A stretch of 64,000 nt of DNA, taken from positions 2,575 to 66,574 of the forward strand of contig DAHXKG010000005.1 of the NCBI GenBank assembly GCA_027366525.1. The letters run 5' to 3'. The first letter of the stretch is position 1. Each line of letters begins with the position of its first letter. This DNA comes from a candidate division FCPU426 bacterium (GTDB lineage: Bacteria > Oederibacteriota > Muellerivitia > Muellerivitales > DAHXKG01). Below the pieces are notes generated by a model that had not been told where the DNA came from, did no database searches, and saw nothing but the letters and a program-made list of their open reading frames with translations. Positions 30,972 to 37,776 of the stretch are shown piece by piece. The position numbers and the translations under genes are program-made.

Positions 30972-31894
30972 AAAAACCCATCGTCAATATGGCGGCCTCG
31001 GTCCACCAGCGGCTCCTGAACATGGCCCAAAAGACAAAGCGGCCTTTCAATGAGCTACTTCAGTATTACGCCATGGAGAGATTTCTCTATCGCCTTTCCA
31101 AGTCCAAATATTCGAATAGCTTCATCCTGAAAGGGGCCCTTCTGTTCAAAGCCTGGGAAGTAGCCGATTCCAGGGCCACCATAGACATCGATCTTCTCGG
31201 AAGGTTGAAGAATGAAACGAAACATATTGCCCAAGTCGTAAAGGAGATTTGTTCCCGTGATGATGATCATGATGATGGTCTTCGTTTTGACCCTGCCACG
31301 GTAAAGGCTTCAAGAATCGTGGAGGGCGCGGATTATCATGGCGTCAGGGTGAAGTTTCGCGGCTACTTGGGCAATGCTCAAATACCCATGCAGATCGACA
31401 TAGGATTTGGGGACCTCATAATGGCTGGACCTATTCCGTTGGTATATCCCACACTCTTGGATCTTCCGGCGCCCCATCTCAAAGGCTACAGGCCGGAAAA
31501 CACGATTGCCGAAAAATTCGAGACCATGTGCAAGAGGGGAACGGCCAATAGCCGAATGAAGGACTTTTTCGATATTTGGCTTTTGGCTAGAAGGTTTAAC
31601 TTTGATGGGACCAAGCTGTCCAGGGCCATTAAGGAAACCTTTGAGAACCGCCACATGGAAATCCCAATGGAGCCCCTAGCTTTGAGCACAGATTTTTCGC
31701 GGGACAAGACTAAAGCAACACAATGGAAAGCTTTCGTGAAAAAGAGCCGGTTACCCCATGCGCCTTCCAGCTTTACCCTGATAGTAAAGGTGCTAAGAAG
31801 TTTTTTGGGACCGATTGCAAAGACCCTGAACGTGAAGAAGAACTTCACTGGAAGGTGGAAAGCATCAGGCCCCTGGAAGGGTTTAAAGAAATGA
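30968..31894 (+). CDS. abiEii: AbiEii/AbiGii-family nucleotidyltransferase toxin (DUF1814)
   Basis: 308 aa. N-terminus ASVHQRLLNMAQKTKRPFNELLQYYAMERFLYRLSKSKYSNSFILKGALLFKAWEVADSRATIDIDLLGR matches the DUF1814 NTase signature (GS...DxD). Confidence 0.8.
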   Translation: MKKPIVNMAASVHQRLLNMAQKTKRPFNELLQYYAMERFLYRLSKSKYSNSFILKGALLFKAWEVADSRATIDIDLLGRLKNETKHIAQVVKEICSRDDDHDDGLRFDPATVKASRIVEGADYHGVRVKFRGYLGNAQIPMQIDIGFGDLIMAGPIPLVYPTLLDLPAPHLKGYRPENTIAEKFETMCKRGTANSRMKDFFDIWLLARRFNFDGTKLSRAIKETFENRHMEIPMEPLALSTDFSRDKTKATQWKAFVKKSRLPHAPSSFTLIVKVLRSFLGPIAKTLNVKKNFTGRWKASGPWKGLKK

Positions 31895-32200
31895 GAAAAT
31901 CAAAAGAGTTCAGCCAAAGCCTTAAAGAAGGTCTTAAGTTTGCTCAAGGCAAGAAGGCGAAAGTTAAGGTTGAAAGACTTCTCGTAAAGCGCAAACCCTC
32001 CAAGCTGAAAAAGTAAATCTCTGATTTTGCGGGGAAAGCCTTCCCCCTGGCCTCGGCTACCTTCGGTGATCCTCGGCACACCCCCTTCTTCTGGGGCTTT
32101 GCCCCAAGCCCTTTAAATCATCTAAACCCAATGTAGAAATGACTTAAAGTTTGAATCTTTTTGTAATTAAAAAAGTCCTTGAATTTATAGGAAATTAGTA

Positions 32201-32218
32201 ATACGCTAATCAGCGGAT
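32201..32218 (+). promoter_or_regulatory. 18-nt motif ATACGCTAATCAGCGGAT upstream of the XRE gene (copy 1 of 2)
   Basis: Identical 18-mer recurs at 33329-33346 upstream of the DUF3892-like gene. Near-palindromic core CGCTAATCAGCG. Confidence 0.45.
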
Positions 32219-32238
32219 TTATAGAATCCTAGAAATAG

Positions 32239-32559
32239 GTGATAAAAATGACATTTGGAGAATTTGTAGCCACTAAGCGGAAGGAAAGGAAACTTACCCA
32301 GAAGGATTTGGCGGCGAAGATTTTGAAAGAAGACGGCAATGCCATAACGGCCCAATATCTCAATGATATTGAGCACGATAGGCGAAATCCCCCGGCTGGC
32401 CAGTTGCTTGAACAGTTTGCGAAAATGTTAGATATCCCGGTGGATGCTTTGTACGTCTTGGCTGGCAAAATGCCAGATAATCTTTTGAAAAGTAAAGATG
32501 TTGATGTTCAAAAACTTGAAGTCGCCTTTCAAGCGTTTAGAAAAAAACTTAAGGAATAA
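32239..32559 (+). CDS. XRE-family (HTH_3) transcriptional regulator
   Basis: 106 aa. FGEFVATKRKERKLTQKDLAAKI...AITAQYLNDIEHDRRNP helix-turn-helix pattern. Confidence 0.75.
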   Translation: MIKMTFGEFVATKRKERKLTQKDLAAKILKEDGNAITAQYLNDIEHDRRNPPAGQLLEQFAKMLDIPVDALYVLAGKMPDNLLKSKDVDVQKLEVAFQAFRKKLKE

Positions 32560-32561
32560 TT

Positions 32562-33281
32562 TTGAAATACGTTCGCGACATTTCGGGAATCCTAAGAACC
32601 AGACCTCACTTGCAACCTGTCGAAATCGACAGGAAGTGCGAGCAAATCATCCGCGAATTTATGGAGCTTGAATGCGGTGGGTTTGTTGTGCCAATTCCGA
32701 CCAGTGCTTTGACGCGGTTGATTGAACGTGATGCAGATGACCTGGATTTGTACGCTGATCTTTCAAAGGACGGCCAGGGCATTGATGGTGTAACCGATTT
32801 TGTGAAAGACAAGCGGCCACGGGTTAGGATTTCAAAGGAGCTTTCGGAGGCAAAAAACGAACATCGCTTACGTACGACCTTGACCCACGAATATGGGCAT
32901 GTGAAATTTCATGCTCCGTTGGTAGCCGCCGAGGCTCTCGATCAAGACCTATTTGGTCCTGGTGCCACGAAAACCCCGCATCACTGTAACAGGGAGCGTA
33001 TTTATTCAAAAAACACTTCAAATTGGATGGAATGGCAAGCTGGTTATGTTTGCGGGTCACTATTGATGCCGTTGACGATTTTCAAGGAGTTCGTTTTGGA
33101 ATTTTTTAAACGTGAAAATACCCACGCCCCTCTGAAAATTTGTACCCCGCTGGCAGAAAAACTTTTGGCAGAAATCTCTCAAAAGTTTCATGTTTCCAGG
33201 GACGCTGCCAAAGTGCGGCTTTTCTATGTTGGAAATGGGTCTTATCTGACGGATGGGGATCCCCACCCAACCATGCTTTAA
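32562..33281 (+). CDS. ImmA/IrrE-family metallopeptidase
   Basis: 239 aa. HEYGHVKFH HExxH zinc motif in the ImmA/IrrE position immediately downstream of an XRE regulator (3-nt gap). Confidence 0.7.
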   Translation: MKYVRDISGILRTRPHLQPVEIDRKCEQIIREFMELECGGFVVPIPTSALTRLIERDADDLDLYADLSKDGQGIDGVTDFVKDKRPRVRISKELSEAKNEHRLRTTLTHEYGHVKFHAPLVAAEALDQDLFGPGATKTPHHCNRERIYSKNTSNWMEWQAGYVCGSLLMPLTIFKEFVLEFFKRENTHAPLKICTPLAEKLLAEISQKFHVSRDAAKVRLFYVGNGSYLTDGDPHPTML

Positions 33282-33328
33282 TCTCCAAAATAATCGGTTC
33301 AAAACATTGACAAGAACAACCTTTCGTG

Positions 33329-33346
33329 ATACGCTAATCAGCGGAT
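33329..33346 (+). promoter_or_regulatory. 18-nt motif ATACGCTAATCAGCGGAT (copy 2 of 2), upstream of DUF3892-like gene
   Basis: Exact repeat of 32201-32218. Preceded by TTGACA at 33306-33311. Confidence 0.45.
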
Positions 33347-33399
33347 ACTCAAATAAGCTTATTTTTGTATAAAAAAATCAGCAGTGAAAGGAAAAGACG

Positions 33400-33687
33400 A
33401 TGGCAGAGCGAGTGGAAGTAAGTTGTATCGACAAGCGGGACCGTCAGAATCCGCATGAACGGATTCAGGCCATTGGCGGTGTGCATGGTGGCCAGCGATG
33501 GAAGATGTCGGAAGAGAATGCAATCCAGAGCATTAAGGCTGGAAAATACGATTTTTACGTTACTCGAGGCGGTCGGACCGTGGACGTGATTATCGACACC
33601 CACAGCGGGCGTGAATATCTGAAAACGGAAAATGACGGGTATAGCCCGGACAACCTTCTCAGTTTAGACGCATGCAGGGTAAATTAA
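33400..33687 (+). CDS. DUF3892-like small protein
   Basis: 95 aa. C-terminal pattern FYVTRGGRTVDVIIDTHSGREYLKTENDGYSPDNLLSLDAC resembles the DUF3892 signature (fyv..gG..v.V....g.kYLrT.aDg...dNLlsLp.C) recalled from memory. Needs HMM confirmation. Confidence 0.5.
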   Translation: MAERVEVSCIDKRDRQNPHERIQAIGGVHGGQRWKMSEENAIQSIKAGKYDFYVTRGGRTVDVIIDTHSGREYLKTENDGYSPDNLLSLDACRVN

Positions 33688-33735
33688 TGGGGACGGCCTG
33701 TCGGTGACGGCGGGTCGTTTTTTCAAAAAGACATA

Positions 33736-33984
33736 ATGAGGTGCACAATGCTCGTTTACTGTACTAATTGCAAAAAAGAACATGCTGACCCAGGTATGAA
33801 CCTCCCGTGGTCATCCTGTCGGTTCTGCGGCGGAAACCTGGTTCGATCTGCAGGAGTTGGTCGTCTTGCCGGTGCTGGTGCAGGGGCGGCGCTTGGATCC
33901 CTTGGGGGACCTTTCGGCGCCGTTGTTGGTGGCGTCCTGGGATTTTTCCTTGGAAATACTGCAGAAAAAAACATCAAGAGGTGA
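33736..33984 (+). CDS. zinc-ribbon + glycine-zipper small membrane protein
   Basis: 82 aa. CTNC...CRFCGG zinc ribbon, then GAGAGAALGSLGGPFGAVVGGVLGFFLGN glycine-zipper TM helix. AGGAG-like RBS. Stop 4 nt before the next start. Confidence 0.6.
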   Translation: MRCTMLVYCTNCKKEHADPGMNLPWSSCRFCGGNLVRSAGVGRLAGAGAGAALGSLGGPFGAVVGGVLGFFLGNTAEKNIKR

Positions 33985-33988
33985 TGTA

Positions 33989-34579
33989 ATGGTACATAAG
34001 GTATTTTTTAGTTTTCATTATGAGCGGGATAACTGGCGTGCCGGACAGGTGCGTAATAGTGGAATCACCAAGTCCGACGTCGAATCCGCCGGGTTCATCG
34101 ATGCAGTTGAGTGGGAGTCCATTCAACGCGAAGGTGACAAAGCTATCGAATCGTGGATCGAGAAGCAGATGGAAGGGACGGCGGTTACGGTAGTCCTGAT
34201 TGGGGCTCAAACGGCCAATCGGCGCTGGGTCTTGCACGAGATTAAGCGGAGTGCAGAAAAAGGCAATGGATTGCTTGGCATCTATATCCACAACGTCAAG
34301 GACATGGAGGGTAAAAAGGACTCCCAAGGGAAAAACCCATTTACAGAATGCGGTATCGAGGATGTTCCCATCTATGACTGGGCTGAAGACAACGGATACG
34401 AAAATTTCGGGAAATGGGTTGAAGCGGCATATCAGAAAGCTCTTCCGAAGGCAGGAAAAGCCGTTGGTGCTGGTGCAGGTGCCGCTATCGGTGCACCCTT
34501 TGGGCTCCTCGGAGTCGTTATAGGGGCGGCGGTTGGGTACCTTTTTGGAAATGAAGTCGATAAAGAAAGTAAGGGATAA
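33989..34579 (+). CDS. ThsB-like TIR-like domain protein (DUF1863/MTH538 type) with C-terminal glycine-zipper TM helix
   Basis: 196 aa from ATG 33989 (AAGAGGTGA RBS). The ORF-track upstream extension to 33857 is frame read-through of the previous gene. KVFFSFHYERD...VRN...TAVTVVLIGAQTANRRWVLHEIKRSAEKGNGLLGIYIHNVKD...GKNPF...YDWAEDNGYENFGKWV parallels Bacillus cereus Thoeris ThsB (RVFFSFHY...TSVTCVLIGSQTFNRRWVRYEI...GIHIN..KD...GPNPFD...YDWVADDGYNKF) as recalled from memory. Tail GAGAGAAIGAPFGLLGVVIGAAVGYLFGN. Confidence 0.7.
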   Translation: MVHKVFFSFHYERDNWRAGQVRNSGITKSDVESAGFIDAVEWESIQREGDKAIESWIEKQMEGTAVTVVLIGAQTANRRWVLHEIKRSAEKGNGLLGIYIHNVKDMEGKKDSQGKNPFTECGIEDVPIYDWAEDNGYENFGKWVEAAYQKALPKAGKAVGAGAGAAIGAPFGLLGVVIGAAVGYLFGNEVDKESKG

Positions 34580-34583
34580 TTAA

Positions 34584-35009
34584 ATGGGAAAAAAATTTAA
34601 ACACCTAGAGTTTATCCAGGCAATTATCAACCGAATGGCCGGCAACTCTTTCTTAATCAAAGGTTGGTCGGTAACGGTTCTTTCCCTTGTTACTGCATTC
34701 GTGCTAAATGATGGCGACCCTCGGTTGGTTCCTGTGGCTTACTTTCTTGTTCTGATGTTCTGGTTCCTTGATGCCTACTACCTAAAAATCGAAAAGAACT
34801 ATCGGGAACTATACAAGGCTGTCTGCAAAACCGAGGAGAAGGCTATCGATTTCAACCTCGCTTCCAATGGCTACTCCAAAAAAGCGGGTAGCTATGGAGC
34901 CGTTCTATTCTCCACCACCCTGCTTTTGTTCTACGGGGCGTTGATTGTTTTTGTCGTCGTTGTTCATCTTATGACGGGAGTGTGTCATGGCACGTCGTGT
35001 ATTTTTTAG
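34584..35009 (+). CDS. small 3-TM membrane protein (candidate effector; possibly SLATT-like)
   Basis: 141 aa. TM segments [56 protein letters not shown]. 4-nt gap from upstream gene and 23-nt overlap with downstream gene. Confidence 0.55.
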   Translation: MGKKFKHLEFIQAIINRMAGNSFLIKGWSVTVLSLVTAFVLNDGDPRLVPVAYFLVLMFWFLDAYYLKIEKNYRELYKAVCKTEEKAIDFNLASNGYSKKAGSYGAVLFSTTLLLFYGALIVFVVVVHLMTGVCHGTSCIF

Positions 35010-35442
35010 TTTTGATTATGATCGGGACATTTGGCGGATTGGACAAATTCGAAATAGTGGTTTGACTAAACCGGACATTGAAACTGCTGGATTTGTTGAT
35101 TCTGCATCCTGGGAATCCGTCAAACGTCAGACCGATGAAGCAATCGCACGATGGATAAATAATCAGCTTAATGGAACTTCAGTTACTGTAATTCTTATTG
35201 AGGTGGAAACGGTTCAAAACAGGTGGGTAAAGTATGAAATAGACCAAAGTATTTTGAGGGGGAACGGATTGCTTGGAATTTATATCCACAATGTTAAGAG
35301 CGCTTTAACTGGGCAAACCGATTATCAAGGTAAAAATCCTTTCGATGCTTTTGTGCTCACTTCAACCAATTTACCCCTCTCTCGCTATTACTACACGTAT
35401 GACTGGGTTATGAATGACGGATACAACAATTTTCCTGCTTGA
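34987..35442 (+). CDS. second ThsB-like TIR-like domain protein (DUF1863/MTH538 type), soluble
   Basis: 151 aa. RVFFSFDYDRDIWRIGQIRNSGLTK...TSVTVILIEVETVQNRWVKYEIDQSILRGNGLLGIYIHNVK...GKNPFD...YDWVMNDGYNNF. Paralogous to 33989-34579 but lacks the TM tail. Confidence 0.7.
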   Translation: MARRVFFSFDYDRDIWRIGQIRNSGLTKPDIETAGFVDSASWESVKRQTDEAIARWINNQLNGTSVTVILIEVETVQNRWVKYEIDQSILRGNGLLGIYIHNVKSALTGQTDYQGKNPFDAFVLTSTNLPLSRYYYTYDWVMNDGYNNFPA

Positions 35443-35786
35443 GGGGAACTTGCGGCTCAACGAGCAGGTAAATAATAAATCGTCCCTTTAATAATTCCCC
35501 TAAGAAACATCCTGAAACTCATTTAGATGGTTTTCTTCATTTCCGAGCGGCCTTAGCCACCAGTGGATCATTGAAATCTTTCAAATTTCACAACGCCGGG
35601 TCTGTCAAGTGATGGGTTTATCGAGAAATATATATCGGTATGCGCCTCCGGGTCGCTCGGAGGAACCGTCTTTGATAGCTCGAATGATCGAACCGGCATG
35701 TCTGTATGGACGCTATGCCCCATATGTCAGGATAGATGTCGCTTTTAGAGATATACTTCTCACGGGGTCAAAAAGGAAAAGGACCG

Positions 35787-36242
35787 ATGGAACAGTTCAA
35801 ATATTCAGAAGAATTCAAAAAGACAGCCGTTCAAAAGTTGTTGAATCGAGGTTCTCGTTTAGCGGAAGAAATCAGCAAGGAGCCAGGGGTTGCTTTGAGT
35901 ACCTTGCACCGGTGGAAGACGGAGCTAGGCTACAAGGGAGAAATTAAAAGTACGAGTCCAAGGCCACAAGATAGAAATCCTGAAGAAATGCTGAGATTAT
36001 TGATTGAATTTGAAAAAACACCTGAAGAAAAGAGGGGTTAGTTTTTGCGCATGAAAGGTTTACACACGCAAGAGATCGAGAACTGGCGAAACCAAATCAA
36101 AATGGCTTTAGGTCCAGGTGGTAAGAGGGTCGTGGATCGCAATGAACAAGTTAAAAATCGACTCCGGATTAAGGAACTGGAGAGGGATTTCGTGCGCAAG
36201 GACAAAGCTTTGGCCGAGGCCACCGCGCTTTTGATTCTTTAA
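35787..36242 (+). pseudogene. IS3-family transposase OrfA, interrupted by in-frame stop at 36039-36041
   Basis: HTH N-terminus and leucine-zipper-like C-terminus (KELERDFVRKDKALAEATALL) lie in the same frame separated by TAG. Confidence 0.6.
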
Positions 36243-36370
36243 AAAAAGCCGAATTGATTTGGGGAATCGAGGAGAACGAGTGAGCGCTGCCGATAGGACT
36301 CAGACCCAAGAGTTGATCGACGAAGCGGTTCGGGGGGGCCCATCAAGACAAAGCGGCTCACTAACTGGGC

Positions 36371-37189
36371 GTGTCGGTGAGAACTTTACAACGTTGGAAA
36401 TTTCAACTGGAAAATGGGCGAAAAGGCCCCCAAACACCACCCTCCAATGCGCTGAGCTTACAAGAGCGCGCTCATGTGTTGTCAGTGGCCAATAGCGCGG
36501 AATTTGCGGATCTGTCGCCGTGGCAAATCGTGCCGCGTCTTGCCGATCGTGGAGAATATCTGGCAAGTGAATCAAGCTTTTATCGGATTCTGAAAGCTGC
36601 CAATTGTTTGGCTCCTAGGTCAAGATCCAAGCCCAAGCAGCGTCAAAAACCAGAGGCGCTGATAGCTGTCAGACCCAATCAGGTTTGGAGCTGGGATATT
36701 ACCTATTTGAAGACTCGAATCCAGGGAATGTTCTTTTATCTTTACTTGCCCATGGATATTTTTTCTCGAAAGATTGTTTATTGGGAAGTGCATGAAAGTG
36801 AAAGCGCTGAACTGGCCAGTGGAATGATGGCCAAGGCCTGTGAAGTGCAGACGATCGAACCTGGTCAAATCAAACTCCATTCGGATAATGGAGGCCCGAT
36901 GAAGGGGGCGACAATGCTGGCAACGCTTCAGCGTTTAGGGGTTGCACCGTCCTTTAGCCGCCCGAGTGTGTCAAACGACAATCCTTATTTAGAGTCGTTT
37001 TTCAAAACACTGAAGTATTGCCCGAGTTATCCGACAAATGGTTGTTTTGATAGTATCGAAGTGACACGGGAGTGGGTTGAAAAATTCGTTTATTGGTATA
37101 ACCACGTACATTTACACAGTGGCATTAACTGGGTGACACCCGATTCCCGTCACGAGAACCGTGATCAAGCCATCTTAAAAAAACCGTGA
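36371..37189 (+). pseudogene. IS3-family transposase OrfB (DDE integrase core), frameshifted at both ends
   Basis: rve core motifs present. N-terminal part lies in a different frame (36259-36495). C-terminal tail shifts frame after 37189. Confidence 0.6.
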
Positions 37190-37545
37190 AAAGGTTTACA
37201 AGACGGCCCAGAGCCAAAAGCCCAACCGATGGTCTCGATCAACGCGCGATTGGTCACGTCTAGGTGCCGTGGAATTAAATCCGGGTGGGAGTTCACAAAA
37301 AATTCAAAAAGAAGTTACTGAAGCTGCTTGAAAATTTAGGCGACATCTTTCTTGAAATTTTCGGGTAGCGTCCTATATGAACAAAGAAGATGTTGACAGA
37401 GCAATCAAGAACAGTAAAATTTTATATGGATATCTCTTCATTACTACGAAGCTGTGGGTTTAGAGTTTCGGTTACAAAAAACCAAAGTCACCCTGGAACG
37501 ATCTCTTAAGAGTTTATACTTGGAATACCTAGATCTTTATCGGAT

Positions 37546-37588
37546 TGCATGCAGGAGGTTATGGGTTCAAGCCTCGTCAATCCCGCCA
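37546..37588 (+). repeat. degenerate direct repeat of the 3' half of tRNA-Asp (candidate attR of integrated island)
   Basis: GCATGCAGGAGGTTATGGGTTCAAGCCTCGTCAATCCCGCCA vs tRNA 3' half CACGCAGGAGGTCGCGGGTTCGAGCCCCGTCAACCCCGCCA. No matching 5' half upstream. GC content drops back to ~38% beyond this point. Confidence 0.6.
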
Positions 37589-37776
37589 TTTTTTAGCATT
37601 TTTGGGTGTTACAGCTAGATTAGTTGACCCAATTTTATGATTACGACAATCAAGGAACTTTAAACAATTCTTCAGAAAATGACTTTAGAATAACAGAATA
37701 ATACCTATTTCCAGAAAGCATTTGTAAAACTTGACTATGAATTTAAAACCACTTGCAAAAAACAACAATACTTGAA

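Larger units (their letters stand above)
35600..37290 (+). mobile_element. decayed IS3-family insertion sequence (orfA/orfB with in-frame stop and frameshifts), preceded by a fragment of another IS3 orfB N-terminus
   Basis: 35609-35740 encodes GLSRNIYRY...ACLYGRYAPYVRID (IS3 OrfB N-terminal-like fragment). OrfA HTH at 35787-36041 (MEQFKYSEEFKKTAVQKLL...LSTLHRWK) continues after an in-frame TAG (36045-36242). Slippery TTTAAAAAAAG at ~36236. DDE/rve core at 36371-37189 (WSWDITYLK...HSDNGGPM...YNHVHLHSGI). OrfB C-terminal motif (VYKTAQSQKPNRWSRSTRDW..VELNP) continues only in another frame to ~37290. Confidence 0.65.

Noticed and set aside
30345-31848. Minus-strand ORFs antisense to abiEi/abiEii (30345-30716, 30400-30582, 31310-31654, 31486-31848)
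   Set aside because: The GC-rich island DNA has few stop codons on the antisense strand. There is no RBS or recognisable domain, and the forward-strand genes have strong family signatures.
33756-33989. ORF-track entries 33756-33977 (-), 33807-33989 (+), and the 33857 upstream extension of the TIR-like gene
   Set aside because: These are frame artefacts over the GC-rich glycine-zipper coding segment (GGN/GCN codons leave alternative frames open). The TIR-like gene has a proper RBS and ATG at 33989 just after the preceding gene's stop.
35609-36495. ORF-track entries 35609-35947, 35736-36041, 36045-36242, 36259-36495 as separate genes
   Set aside because: They are fragments of one frameshifted IS3-family transposase (orfA/orfB) plus a truncated second copy. 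They are annotated together as a decayed mobile element.
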